From positions 716,769 through 780,768 of the forward strand of contig OZ244779.1 in assembly GCA_965219575.1 (NCBI GenBank): DNA of 64,000 bases. The letters are read 5' to 3'. Made by a program: the position numbers and the translations under genes. The DNA is from Candidatus Oxydemutatoraceae bacterium (GTDB lineage: Bacteria; Pseudomonadota; Gammaproteobacteria; Poriferisulfidales; Oxydemutatoraceae). Under the pieces are notes generated by a model. It did not search any database and was not told the origin of the DNA. It saw only the letters and a program-made list of their open reading frames with translations. Each line of letters opens with the position of its first letter. Position 1 is the stretch's first letter. Of this stretch, positions 21,051 to 30,998 are shown piece after piece.

Positions 21051-21697
21051 CTTCCGCGTGTTTCTCCCCACAGTATTTTGTGTAATTGCACTTGCATACG
21101 CACCGCGAGTCTATCGGCAAGTATCCATTCGGCGAGCTCGCTTGCGTCTTGGCGTTGCCACGCCGGCGAAAACAATATATTGCACCGTCGGTTCAATGCG
21201 TGTTTTTGTAGGCATGTCTTAGCCCAATCGTAATCTTCTCGGTTGCAAATCACAAATTTAACTTGATCGTCGGCGCGTAATCGGGTGATGTTGGCGTAGT
21301 GGTTGCGATCGACCTCTCCGGAACACGGTGTTTTGATATCCATCACAACCGTTACCCGAGGATCCACCTTCGCAATGTCGTGTGCACCGCCGGTTTCTAA
21401 AGAGACGCAATATCCTGCATCGCACAGCTTGCGTAATAAATCCAAGCAGCGATTTTGTGCCAAAGGTTCGCCGCCGGTTACCGTAACATAGTCGGTTTTA
21501 CTCTCTTCGGCACGCTCAAGGATATTGTCGATGGTCATCCATTCGCCGCCTTTGAATGCGTATTCGGTGTCGCAATAGCTACAACGAAGCGGGCAGCCGG
21601 TAAGCCTAATAAAAAGCGTCGGGATGCCGGTTGTTAGCGATTCGCCTTGCAGAGAATAAAAGATTTCGCTGATTTTCAGTGCGTCGGCCGGTGCCAT
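21047..21697 (-). CDS. queE: 7-carboxy-7-deazaguanine synthase QueE (radical SAM)
   Basis: [31 protein letters not shown]. Confidence 0.96.
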   Translation of the reverse strand: MAPADALKISEIFYSLQGESLTTGIPTLFIRLTGCPLRCSYCDTEYAFKGGEWMTIDNILERAEESKTDYVTVTGGEPLAQNRCLDLLRKLCDAGYCVSLETGGAHDIAKVDPRVTVVMDIKTPCSGEVDRNHYANITRLRADDQVKFVICNREDYDWAKTCLQKHALNRRCNILFSPAWQRQDASELAEWILADRLAVRMQVQLHKILWGETRGR

Positions 21698-21700
21698 CGC

Positions 21701-22636
21701 TTAGCGTCCTTTGTTTCCCAGCTGTTCCAGTTGTTCTATTGCCAGTTTGCGCACCTGTTCGTCTTCGGCTTCATTTTTCAAACGTTCTAAGATCTTACGC
21801 GCGTCTTCCCACTGCTTTTTGTTGAGCCGTATATAAGCAATCTTGAGCAATGCCGGTTCGCGTTTTTCACTATCGCCGTAATTCTCGATGAGTTGTGTAA
21901 AATATACGGTCGCTTGTTCTAAGTCACCTTCTGCATAATACGATTCGGCAACCCAGTAGTTTGCGTCGTCGGCATAATCCCCCTCGGGATAATCTTGTAA
22001 AAAACGGGTTAGGTTGTCGCGCAGACGAATATAATCGGCACGGTCCAAGGCCCCCATCGCTTTGCTATAAGCGGCGTATTCATCTTCGTCGGGTAATCCG
22101 GCGGGTTCTATAAGTGAGGGCTTTTCTTCGGGTTGTAATATAGCTTGAGGTTGTTCGGGTTCTATAGGAGGTGCCTCGGATTCTACGACAGGTACTGCCG
22201 GTTCTATGACGGGTGCCGCCGGTTCTATGACAGGTACTTCGGGTGTTCGTAATTGCGGTTCCTCTACGACACGAGCGAGTTCATCTAAGCGATTATTTGT
22301 TTTAGTGATTTGCTGTTCTAACTTTTGAAAATTACTTTTTAGTTGCCCTAGTTGAGTTTCGGTGGGAGCAGTCTCCATAGATTTCACCGACACGGTCGGT
22401 GTCGTAAGCGATCGATGGATTTGAGATTTGAGTTCACCCAACTGCTGGTCTAGATTTTTTTGTAGCGTCTTTAGTTCAAATTGCGTAAGTTCGTTTTGAT
22501 TACGCAATTCGGTTATTTCGTTTTGCATTTGCTGCACTTTATCCAGTACTCTATTGAGCAGGGCATTGTTTTGTTCTTGCGCCGACACATCGATGCCGGC
22601 AAACAATGCAAAAACTAAAAGCAGGTATTTAACCAT
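21701..22636 (-). CDS. cpoB: Tol-Pal coordinator CpoB (YbgF)
   Basis: Signal peptide, N-terminal coiled coil, C-terminal TPR (ANYWVAESYY, ALLKIAY); lies between tolB and queE. Confidence 0.88.
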   Translation of the reverse strand: MVKYLLLVFALFAGIDVSAQEQNNALLNRVLDKVQQMQNEITELRNQNELTQFELKTLQKNLDQQLGELKSQIHRSLTTPTVSVKSMETAPTETQLGQLKSNFQKLEQQITKTNNRLDELARVVEEPQLRTPEVPVIEPAAPVIEPAVPVVESEAPPIEPEQPQAILQPEEKPSLIEPAGLPDEDEYAAYSKAMGALDRADYIRLRDNLTRFLQDYPEGDYADDANYWVAESYYAEGDLEQATVYFTQLIENYGDSEKREPALLKIAYIRLNKKQWEDARKILERLKNEAEDEQVRKLAIEQLEQLGNKGR

Positions 22637-22661
22637 TGTTTAATATTGCCGTCTAAGACCG

Positions 22662-23945
22662 CTATCGTACGAGTGGCGACCATGAAATCCCCCTGATATT
22701 ATCGGCTTCTATCTGAATCAGTTTTCCTAATGCCCCGTCTATGGTTAGCAATCCGAGTGCAGACTCACCGTCTTGGGTTGTGATATAGCTTAATAGATGT
22801 CCGTTGGGCGCAAAACGAGGTCTTTCGTCTAGGTTACCGAAACTCAAAGCAAGTTCGCTATCGTCGATTAGATCGCGTATGACTACGGAAAATCCGGCAC
22901 CGCGCTCGCTGATATAAGCGAGCTTGGTTTGATCGGGCGAGACATCGGCATCGGCGTTGTAGTTCCCCTCGAAACTTAGACGCGTAATATCATTGTCCGC
23001 AATCGATGCCCGATACAGTTGTGGTGTGCCGCTGCGGTCCGAGGTAAAGATCAAGGCATCGTTACCCATCCAAGCGGGCTCCGTATCTATTGCCAGACTT
23101 CGGGTTACCCTTATAATTCTTTGGGTGTCGAAGCGGTAGATATAAATATCGGAGTTGTCGTTGCGCGAAGCGACAAAACTTAATTGATTGTTATCTTCGG
23201 ACCAAGCAGGCGTGTTGGCAGGACCTATTATTTCGGATAGATTGCTACGCTCGCCACTGCTCAATACCTGTATGAATATCTGTGGTTCGTTGTTCTCGTA
23301 AGAGACATAAGCAAGGTTTTTGTAATCGGGCGACCACGCCGGCGACATCAGTGTCGCGTCTGCGGAATAAATGGCCGAGACATATTGTCCGTCGGCATCC
23401 GCTATGTTCAGGTTAAATCTTCGTTCTTTGGGACCCAGCCTCTCCGAACTGACAAATGCCAGTCGGGTACTGAAAATTCCCGCCACACCGGCAATTTCCT
23501 CATAGATCAAATCACTTGCATAGTGTGCAATGGTTTTGATTAGATTATCCTCAAGGCTTAATTTCCATTCCTTCGATTTAGTCGCTTTGACGGCATCGTC
23601 TAGGCGAACAATCAGAGCATCGTCGTCGACGGTACCCGATACTATTTTTTCGGCACCGTTTGTCAACCAAGCCTCGTAGTCGGTCGTATCGTTCGGGCGA
23701 GTCAGTTGGGAAAAGTTTTGTGCGTCTAAGATACTGAATAAGCCACTGTACGCTAGATTGGATGCGATAATTTGACTGTAGTTGCGAGGCACGTCTTGAG
23801 GTTCTCCCGTAAACGGCAGTATTGTAATCGGAACCCCACCGATCACACCTTCGGTGATTTCTATTTTTAATTCGGCTTGCGCGGTTGCAAAAGCGAACAG
23901 TAATGTCAGCAGGCTCGCTATACTATGTAGTATACGCATAATCAA
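22662..23945 (-). CDS. tolB: Tol-Pal beta-propeller protein TolB
   Basis: LKIEITEG, GIFSTRLAFV, MSPAWSPD, FTSDRSGTPQLY. Confidence 0.95.
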   Translation of the reverse strand: MIMRILHSIASLLTLLFAFATAQAELKIEITEGVIGGVPITILPFTGEPQDVPRNYSQIIASNLAYSGLFSILDAQNFSQLTRPNDTTDYEAWLTNGAEKIVSGTVDDDALIVRLDDAVKATKSKEWKLSLEDNLIKTIAHYASDLIYEEIAGVAGIFSTRLAFVSSERLGPKERRFNLNIADADGQYVSAIYSADATLMSPAWSPDYKNLAYVSYENNEPQIFIQVLSSGERSNLSEIIGPANTPAWSEDNNQLSFVASRNDNSDIYIYRFDTQRIIRVTRSLAIDTEPAWMGNDALIFTSDRSGTPQLYRASIADNDITRLSFEGNYNADADVSPDQTKLAYISERGAGFSVVIRDLIDDSELALSFGNLDERPRFAPNGHLLSYITTQDGESALGLLTIDGALGKLIQIEADNIRGISWSPLVR

Positions 23946-24982
23946 TAGTCCCTCTTAAAGGTAAATTCAATTTCCGAGTCAAACACTTCCGGTGAGGGTG
24001 CCGTCGGAAGCGGGTCGGCTTTCCATACCGCTGCTTCAACCGAGCGTACGAATAATTTATCGCCTTCGCAGCGTAAGAAGTCGACATTCAGTATTGCACC
24101 CGTTTCATTTTGACGTATCTTGAGTACACATTTGCCACCTTCGACACTGGTGGGAGGTTTCTTCCAATGCTGCTCTACGCTACTGCGAATCATCTGCTCG
24201 TATTGCCGTTGCCAAATTGCAATTTGGTTCTTGCGCATTTTTAATCGTTCGGCTTCTTCTTTTTTTCTATGCTCTGCCAAGCGTCGTTGCTCTTCTTCCC
24301 GCTGTCTCTTTTTCTCTTCCTCCAGGCGTTTCTTCTCCTCCGCTATGCGTTTTTGCTCTTCTTCCAGCCTTTTTTTCTCTTCTGCCATGCGTCTTTGTTC
24401 TTCCTCCAGTTGTCTTTGTTTCTCCTCTGCTATGCGCCTTTGTTCCTCCTCCAGTTGTCTTTGTTTCTCCTCTGCTATGCGTCTTTGTTCTTCTTCCAGC
24501 TGTTTCCTTTTCTCTTCGGCTAAACGTTCTTGCTCTTTGCGTTCTTGTTCCGCTTCCTCCTTACGCCTCAGTTCGGCTTGCCGCTGCTTTTCTTTCTCTT
24601 CCACACGCAGTTGTTCTAGTCGAGCTTCTTCCTGTTTTTTCTTTTCTTCTTGTAATTTCTTTTGCCTTAACAACTCCGCTTTTTTTCTTTCTTCGGCTAA
24701 ACGTTGCGCCTGTTTTTGTCGCTCTTTTTCAAGTTGCAGTGCGCGTTCTCTCGCCAATGCTTGTTGTTGTTTTTGTTCGTAATAGGTATTCACTTCCTCC
24801 TGTGTGATGACTTCCGCCTCTATCGATTCCATCGGCGGTGGCGGTGACTGTGTCGCCAAAGAGACAGGTCCGGCACAGGTTTTCAGGGAAATTGTGATCG
24901 TGAAAAAAAATATAAGATGTAGCAGTACGGAAAAAACCGTAGAACTTAAATATAAACCGCGCTGTTTGCGCATCGTAGTCAC
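23942..24982 (-). CDS. tolA: Cell envelope integrity protein TolA
   Basis: N-terminal TM, long E/K/R-rich repeats (EEEQRRIAEEKQRQL), C-terminal domain SVEAAVWKADPLP. Confidence 0.92.
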   Translation of the reverse strand: MTTMRKQRGLYLSSTVFSVLLHLIFFFTITISLKTCAGPVSLATQSPPPPMESIEAEVITQEEVNTYYEQKQQQALARERALQLEKERQKQAQRLAEERKKAELLRQKKLQEEKKKQEEARLEQLRVEEKEKQRQAELRRKEEAEQERKEQERLAEEKRKQLEEEQRRIAEEKQRQLEEEQRRIAEEKQRQLEEEQRRMAEEKKRLEEEQKRIAEEKKRLEEEKKRQREEEQRRLAEHRKKEEAERLKMRKNQIAIWQRQYEQMIRSSVEQHWKKPPTSVEGGKCVLKIRQNETGAILNVDFLRCEGDKLFVRSVEAAVWKADPLPTAPSPEVFDSEIEFTFKRDY

Positions 24983-25404
24983 TCGGCAGGAGGCTGGGTG
25001 ACCAAACCTATTTTTTCGGTTCCCGCTTTCTGCAGTGCAATCATTGCCTGCATTACGTATCTGTACGGTGCATTGCGATCGCCGCGCACATAGATTGTGC
25101 TATATCGATTTTGTTCGAGCAGCACGGCAGCTTCCTTGATCAAAATTTCTTCTTGCAGTGCTTGATTTGCGCGATTGCCCTGGTTGATAAAAAAATTGCC
25201 GACTTTGTCAACGGTAATAATCAGTGGTTCCTGTTCGGTGTCTTGCGGGAGCGTTTCGCTATTGCTCTCGGGTAGTTCTATTTCCACGCCTTGCTGTATC
25301 AACGGCACCGTAACCATAAATATGATCAACAATACCAGCATCACATCTATATACGGAACAACGTTAATTTCGGCAATCGCTTTGTTGCGGGCTAATATCC
25401 TCAT
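24979..25404 (-). CDS. tolR: TolR
   Basis: AEINVVPYIDVMLVLLIIFMVT motif. Confidence 0.95.
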   Translation of the reverse strand: MRILARNKAIAEINVVPYIDVMLVLLIIFMVTVPLIQQGVEIELPESNSETLPQDTEQEPLIITVDKVGNFFINQGNRANQALQEEILIKEAAVLLEQNRYSTIYVRGDRNAPYRYVMQAMIALQKAGTEKIGLVTQPPAE

Positions 25405-25408
25405 GGCA

Positions 25409-26092
25409 TCATTCCGAAGTGTTTTTATGTAAAGCCTGACGATGTAATATCGCAGTAAACTCCTCTATAAAATTATCGTAGCGCGAGATCAATAAATTGC
25501 TATGCTCGCTGAAACGATTGTATGCAACCACTGCGGGAATTGCTGCAAATAAACCTAGTGCGGTTGCCACTAAGGCTTCGGCAATCCCCGGTGCAACCAA
25601 AGAGAGCGTTGCTTGTTGCACATCTTGCAATGCGAGAAAGGCGTGCATAATGCCCCAAACAGTACCGAACAGACCTATATACGGCGAGGTAGAAGCCACC
25701 ACCGATAAAAAGTTCAAGTGTTTATTCCAACTATCGACCTCTCTGGACAACGCAACCTTCATGGAACGCACCGCAGTATCCGCAATGGCAAGCGGTGATA
25801 ACGAACCCTGTTTGTGCAAGCGTATATATTCGTCGAACCCGGTGTGAAATATTTTTGCCATGCCGCTTTGTTCATGAATGTCGATCTCCTTGTAAAGTTC
25901 GCTCAGCTCCATGCCCGACCAAAAACGCTCCTCAAATTGAATAGCCTGTCTCCTTATATGCCGAAACTCGCGCCACTTTGCAATAATTGCACTCCAACTC
26001 AAAACCGAAGCTATGATCAATACGAGCAAAACCAGCTGCACGATGAAAGTCGCATCGCTAATCAATGAGAAGAAGCCAATTTCAGATTGCAT
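25409..26092 (-). CDS. tolQ: TolQ
   Basis: FEERFWSG, SPYIGLFGTVWGIM, VAPGIAEALVATALGLFAAIPAV. Confidence 0.96.
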   Translation of the reverse strand: MQSEIGFFSLISDATFIVQLVLLVLIIASVLSWSAIIAKWREFRHIRRQAIQFEERFWSGMELSELYKEIDIHEQSGMAKIFHTGFDEYIRLHKQGSLSPLAIADTAVRSMKVALSREVDSWNKHLNFLSVVASTSPYIGLFGTVWGIMHAFLALQDVQQATLSLVAPGIAEALVATALGLFAAIPAVVAYNRFSEHSNLLISRYDNFIEEFTAILHRQALHKNTSE

Positions 26093-26312
26093 TTCTTAAT
26101 TCTCCATAAAGTCTGACAGATATTAATACCGAATATCACAGGCTAGACATCTAAATAAACTTAAATTATAGGTACTCCAACTGCCTATAATACCCTATTC
26201 TGCATGATTGACAATGTAGCATTGTCCGAATTGGAGTTAGTGTAGTCGCTTCCAATCACCCTAAATGCACAAGCGTCTAAGGTCAATGCGAGTTTGAGAT
26301 TTACCGAAAAGA

Positions 26313-27362
26313 TCAAAACAGGCTCTGTTTGGAGGTTTCGGCTTGTGGTGTGGAAGGAGGCACTCGATAACCTAGATGTCGGTATGCCGATCGGGTTGCC
26401 AATCGGCCGCGTGCGGTACGGATTAAAAATCCACTTTGTATTAAAAAGGGTTCTATCACATCCTCGACGGTGCCGCGCTCCTCGCTAATCGCTGCCGCTA
26501 AGCTGTCTATGCCGACCGGACCTCCCGAAAATTTTTCTATGATCGTTTCCAGTAGTTTGCGGTCCATCGAGTCAAAACCGTGTGTGTCCACACTGAGCAT
26601 ATCGAGTGCCTTATCGGCAATCGGTTGATCGATGACTCCGTCGGCTTTGACCTGCGCGTAATCGCGTACCCTACGCAGCAAGCGATTGGCAATACGCGGC
26701 GTACCGCGCGAACGGCGGGCAATTTCAAAGGTGCCTGCTTTGTCTATGGTTACATCGAGTATATTTGCACTACGTTTTACGATTTGTGCGAGTTCTTCGT
26801 TTTGGTAAAAGTCCAGCCGCTGAGTTATGCCGAAGCGGTCTCGCAGAGGTGAAGTGAGCAGACCGGCGCGTGTTGTTGCTCCGACTAAGGTAAACGGTGG
26901 CAACTCAAGTTTAATCGAGCGTGCTGCCGGCCCTTCGCCGATAACGATATCCAGCTGAAAATCTTCCATTGCAGGATAGAGTATTTCTTCTATGGCAGGA
27001 TTGAGGCGGTGGATCTCGTCTATAAACAATACCTCTTTGGGTTCCAAGTTGGTCAATAGGGCGGCGAGGTCGCCGGCTCTTTCTAAAATCGGCCCGGCGG
27101 TTTGTCGAATTTTGACATCCATTTCGTTGGCGACAATATGCGCGAGCGTTGTTTTGCCTAAACCGGGAGGTCCGAAGATTAATACATGGTCTAATGCGTC
27201 GCCTCGTTCTTTAGCCGCCGAGATAAATATATCCATCTGTTCTTTGACCGAGGATTGTCCTATATAGTCTTTTAATCGACGAGGACGCACATCGTCGTCA
27301 ATTTGTTTTTCTTCGTCTATCGGGTCGCCGCGCAATAACGATTTGTTCGTTTCTGTATCCAT
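26313..27362 (-). CDS. ruvB: Holliday junction branch migration helicase RuvB (intact)
   Basis: [42 protein letters not shown]-terminal winged helix (GGPVG..EPFLIQ). Confidence 0.98.
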   Translation of the reverse strand: MDTETNKSLLRGDPIDEEKQIDDDVRPRRLKDYIGQSSVKEQMDIFISAAKERGDALDHVLIFGPPGLGKTTLAHIVANEMDVKIRQTAGPILERAGDLAALLTNLEPKEVLFIDEIHRLNPAIEEILYPAMEDFQLDIVIGEGPAARSIKLELPPFTLVGATTRAGLLTSPLRDRFGITQRLDFYQNEELAQIVKRSANILDVTIDKAGTFEIARRSRGTPRIANRLLRRVRDYAQVKADGVIDQPIADKALDMLSVDTHGFDSMDRKLLETIIEKFSGGPVGIDSLAAAISEERGTVEDVIEPFLIQSGFLIRTARGRLATRSAYRHLGYRVPPSTPQAETSKQSLF

Positions 27363-28957
27363 TGTTCAAGTGTATAGTATCATTTAGGCTTTTAATCGTA
27401 GTGCTTCGCGGATAATCTCTTCCACCGTTTTGCCTTTGGTGTCCACCTTTTTAATCAGACTTTTTGCTTCGCCGGATTTGTAGCCGAGTGCGATTAAAGC
27501 CCCGGATGCAGCTTGCGATTGGTCGCTACGAGCGTCGGTCGCGGTTGCAGCGGAACTTTGCCAAAACTCGTCCTTAAAGCGATCCTTCATCTCGACAATC
27601 AGTCGTTGTGCCGTTTTCACACCTATCCCGGGCAAATCGGACAATGCGCCTACATCTTCGTTTTCTATCGATTGTCTGAATATATCCTCTTCCATGCCGG
27701 AGAGAATTGCCAGTGCCATTTTAGCATCGACACCGCGCACCTTGCGCAATTCTTTGAACAAGGGTTTATTGAGTATATCAAGTGCCCTCTCTGCAATCAT
27801 CTGATCGATGATTCCGTCGGCTTTGACCTGTGCGTAATTGCGTACCCTACGAAGCAGGTGTTTGGCGATACGCGGCCTGCCGCGTGAACGGCGGGCAATT
27901 TCAAAGGCACCTGCTTTGTCTATAGCCACATTAAGTATATTTGCATGGCGTTTTACGATTTGCGCGAGTTCTCCTTTTTGGTAAAAGTCCAGCCGCAGGG
28001 TTATGCCGAAGCGGTCTCGCAAAGGTAAAGTACGCAAACGGTTGCGCCAACGGTTGAGTGTTGTTCCCCCGACTAAGGTGAATGGTGGCAACTCGAGTTT
28101 AATCGAGCGTGATGCCGGACCTTCGCCGATAACGATATCCAACTGAAAATCCTTCATTGCAGGGTAGAGTATTTCTTCTATGGCAGGATTGAGGCGGTGA
28201 ATCTCGTCTATAAACAATATCTCTTTGGGTTCTAAGTTGGTCAGTAGGGCGGCGAGGTCGCCGGCTCTCTCTAAAATGTAGCCGTCGGTTTGCCGAATTT
28301 TAACATCTATTTCGTTGGCGATAATATGTGCGAGCGTTGTTTTGCCTAAACCGGGATGCCCGACAATTAATACATGGTCTAATGCGTCGCCCCGTTCTTT
28401 AGCTGCCGAGATAAATATATCCATCTGTTCTTTGACCGAAGATTGTCCTATATAGTCTTTTAATCGATGAGGACGCACATCGTCGTCAATTTGTTTTTCT
28501 TCGGCTATCGGGTCGCCGCGCAATAACGAGTTGTTCGTCTCTTCATCCATCGTTCGAGTGTATCGTATTATCTAGGCTTTTAATCGTAGTGCTTCGCGGA
28601 TAATCTCTTCTACCGTTTTACCTTTGGTGTCCACCTTTTTAATCAGACTTTTTGCTTCGCCGGATTTATAGCCGAGTGCGATTAAAGCCCCGGATGCAGC
28701 TTGCGATTGGTCGCTGTGGGAGGCGGTAGCGGTGGTAACGGAACTTTGCCAAAACTCGTCCTTAAAGCGATCCTTCATCTCGACGATCAATCGCTGTGCC
28801 GTTTTCACACCAATCCCCGGCAAATCGGACAATGCGCCTACATCTTCGTTTTCTATGGATTGTCTGAATATATCCGCTTCCATGCTGGACAAAATTGCCA
28901 GTGCCATTTTAGCACCGACACCGCGCACCTTGAGCAATTCTTTGAACAAGGCTTTAT
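26594..28957. repeat. Diverged tandem duplication (copy A 26594-27769, copy B 27770-28957)
   Basis: ruvA 3' part + intergenic + ruvB 5' part occurs twice with a 1188-bp offset (1176 beyond a 12-bp indel); intergenic spacers are also similar. Confidence 0.92.
27384..28550 (-). CDS. Chimeric RuvB(~1-256)-RuvA(~68-195) fusion protein
   Basis: Residues ~1-260 align to the neighbouring RuvB, and the remainder ([11 protein letters not shown]...EALRLKA) to the neighbouring RuvA; single uninterrupted 388-aa ORF. Confidence 0.9.
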   Translation of the reverse strand: MDEETNNSLLRGDPIAEEKQIDDDVRPHRLKDYIGQSSVKEQMDIFISAAKERGDALDHVLIVGHPGLGKTTLAHIIANEIDVKIRQTDGYILERAGDLAALLTNLEPKEILFIDEIHRLNPAIEEILYPAMKDFQLDIVIGEGPASRSIKLELPPFTLVGGTTLNRWRNRLRTLPLRDRFGITLRLDFYQKGELAQIVKRHANILNVAIDKAGAFEIARRSRGRPRIAKHLLRRVRNYAQVKADGIIDQMIAERALDILNKPLFKELRKVRGVDAKMALAILSGMEEDIFRQSIENEDVGALSDLPGIGVKTAQRLIVEMKDRFKDEFWQSSAATATDARSDQSQAASGALIALGYKSGEAKSLIKKVDTKGKTVEEIIREALRLKA

Positions 28958-29159
28958 CGTATTCGTTGATAAAGGCGTATAGGGTATGCGCATCTTCGCG
29001 CACAATCAGATGGGTTAATACGACAACCGGCGTACCCACCTCGGGAAGTTTGTAAAAAGTCGACATCGGGGCTTGCAGTTCGTATGTGAGACCATTGACT
29101 TCAATCAATAGATAGGGTGGTGATTTTAGAATGAGTTCACCACTTAGCCGAGCAATCAT
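28572..29159 (-). CDS. ruvA: Holliday junction branch migration protein RuvA (intact)
   Basis: MIARLSG, THLIVREDA, HhH motifs VRGVGAK and [11 protein letters not shown], domain [11 protein letters not shown]. Confidence 0.97.
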   Translation of the reverse strand: MIARLSGELILKSPPYLLIEVNGLTYELQAPMSTFYKLPEVGTPVVVLTHLIVREDAHTLYAFINEYDKALFKELLKVRGVGAKMALAILSSMEADIFRQSIENEDVGALSDLPGIGVKTAQRLIVEMKDRFKDEFWQSSVTTATASHSDQSQAASGALIALGYKSGEAKSLIKKVDTKGKTVEEIIREALRLKA

Positions 29160-29653
29160 TGGCGTAGTTTAGGTATTCCGTCGGATGGTGTTACGAAAGC
29201 ATGGCATAAAGCAATCGCGAGTGCATCGCTTTCGTCGTTTTGGTCTCGCTCGGCAATGCTAAGCAATCGGCACGCCATGTATTTGACTTGTCTTTTATCG
29301 GCGGCACCGTTGCCGGTAATGGTCTTTTTAACAAAACGCGCACTGTATTCATGCACCGCAAGTCCGGCCTTAACACCGGCGCAAATCGCAACGCCGCGTG
29401 CTTGTCCTAATTTGAGTGCCGAGTCGGCATTTTTTGACATGAACACCTTTTCTACTATCATCATCGAGGGTTGATAAGTCTCTATAATGTCGGCGACACC
29501 GTCGTAGATCGTAGCCAGCCGTTCCACGGAATTTAACGAGGCGGTATTAATTTGACCGCTGGCAATATAACGGTTCGTATGCCCGTCGCTTTCTATAATC
29601 GAATAACCGGTGGATATCGAACCGGGATCTATACCTAAAATACGCTGCATCAT
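29156..29653 (-). CDS. ruvC: Holliday junction resolvase RuvC
   Basis: ILGIDPGS, EKVF..NADSALKLGQARG, DESDALAIALCH; start moved to the ATG overlapping the yebC stop. Confidence 0.96.
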   Translation of the reverse strand: MMQRILGIDPGSISTGYSIIESDGHTNRYIASGQINTASLNSVERLATIYDGVADIIETYQPSMMIVEKVFMSKNADSALKLGQARGVAICAGVKAGLAVHEYSARFVKKTITGNGAADKRQVKYMACRLLSIAERDQNDESDALAIALCHAFVTPSDGIPKLRQ

Positions 29654-30396
29654 TAATCTGCTTCCCGGTTCACGACCGAGTCTGCAAAACTCGCATTGCA
29701 ATAGATATTCTGTACATCGTCGCAGTCCTCCAGTGCTTCCAAAAGACGCAGTAATTTACCACTATCGTTTTCGTCCAACGGCACTAAATTTGTAGGGCGC
29801 ATTTCTATCTCGGCAGAATCCGGTTCCATGCCCGAGCTTGTCATTGCCTGCTTGAGTTGCAGTAGATTTTCGGGATTTGTCAAAACTTCTATATGATTTT
29901 CGCTTTCTATATCTTTTGCGCCGGCTCGTGTTGCAGCGTCTAAAATCGCTTCCTCGTTCGCACCTGCAGGGTAGCTTAACACGCCGCACTGCTTGAACAA
30001 ATAGGAAACCGATCCCGAGGTTCCTAAATTACCGCCGAATCGAGTAAAAGCGTGTCGTATTTCGGATACACTTCGGTTTTTATTATCGGTGGTACACTCT
30101 ACCAATACGGCAACACCACCGGGACCGTAACCTTCGTAGCTGATATTTTCATAGATTGCGCCTTCTATTTCTCCGCTACCGCGTTTGACGGCACGCGCAA
30201 TGCTATCTTTCGGCATATTTGCAGCGAGTGCTTTGTCTATTGCGAGACGCAATCTAGGGTTGCTCTCCGGGTTTGCGTCTCCCATGCGCGCAGCGACGGT
30301 GATTTCACGGATCAGACGAGTAAATAATTTACCTCGTTTGGCATCTTGTGCTTTTTTCCGGTGTTGTATATTTGCCCATTTGCTATGCCCTGCCAT
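29653..30396 (-). CDS. yebC: YebC/PmpR family protein
   Basis: MAGHSKWANIQHRK, YEGYGPGGVA, TDNKNR. Confidence 0.96.
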   Translation of the reverse strand: MAGHSKWANIQHRKKAQDAKRGKLFTRLIREITVAARMGDANPESNPRLRLAIDKALAANMPKDSIARAVKRGSGEIEGAIYENISYEGYGPGGVAVLVECTTDNKNRSVSEIRHAFTRFGGNLGTSGSVSYLFKQCGVLSYPAGANEEAILDAATRAGAKDIESENHIEVLTNPENLLQLKQAMTSSGMEPDSAEIEMRPTNLVPLDENDSGKLLRLLEALEDCDDVQNIYCNASFADSVVNREAD

Positions 30397-30441
30397 TGAT
30401 TACTCCTCTGCTATTGCGGTCTATTCTAAACTAATTGTAGG

Positions 30442-30894
30442 CTAGTCGGTTAATAAGTGCGCGATTGCGTCACGATTGGTATGGGAACTAATCTGCGTTA
30501 TGGCTTGTGATAAAGAGAGCCAGCGATATTCGCTGTGTTCTCTCGGATCCAGCACGACACGGCACGGTGCCTCTAGTTCTACGCTGAATAGGTGCTCTTT
30601 ATTGGAAATGACACCCGGCGCATATCGATGTCGCCACATGGGGTAAATCAAAAATTCATTATAACTATGTCGGTTGACCAGTAGGTCGGTATCGGACAAT
30701 CCAACCTCTTCGTAGAGTTCTCGTTGCGCAGCCTGTTCCGGTGTCTCGTCCCATTCCAAACTGCCGGCCACCGATTGCCAAAAATAATTCGGTTGTTTGC
30801 GTCTCAGTGCCAAAATCTCGTTATTGCGTGTATAGACCACAATCAGTACGGACTCGGGACGTTTGTAGTGTCGGTCTTTTTGGGGCATACGCAT
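30442..30894 (-). CDS. nudB: Dihydroneopterin triphosphate diphosphatase NudB
   Basis: YKRPESVLIV, FWQSVAGS, Nudix box RELYEEVG, WRHRYAPG. Confidence 0.93.
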   Translation of the reverse strand: MRMPQKDRHYKRPESVLIVVYTRNNEILALRRKQPNYFWQSVAGSLEWDETPEQAAQRELYEEVGLSDTDLLVNRHSYNEFLIYPMWRHRYAPGVISNKEHLFSVELEAPCRVVLDPREHSEYRWLSLSQAITQISSHTNRDAIAHLLTD

Positions 30895-30998
30895 ATTTAA
30901 TCGCAGTTTTATTTTTAATTTCCTTATTCGGGTAATGTATTATAAGCGTCTATGCTTCCGAGTTGGATAAATAAAGCGAAAATAAGGACACTCCGCTT

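Noticed and set aside
24120-24807. Long + strand ORFs and ~45-bp tandem repeats in tolA
   Set aside because: Antisense shadows of the low-complexity TolA helix; such repeats are normal for TolA.
27384-28550. Chimera considered as an assembly artifact
   Set aside because: The duplicated copies differ by many substitutions and a 12-bp indel, which is unlikely for simple misassembly. Read mapping is still needed to exclude a strain chimera.
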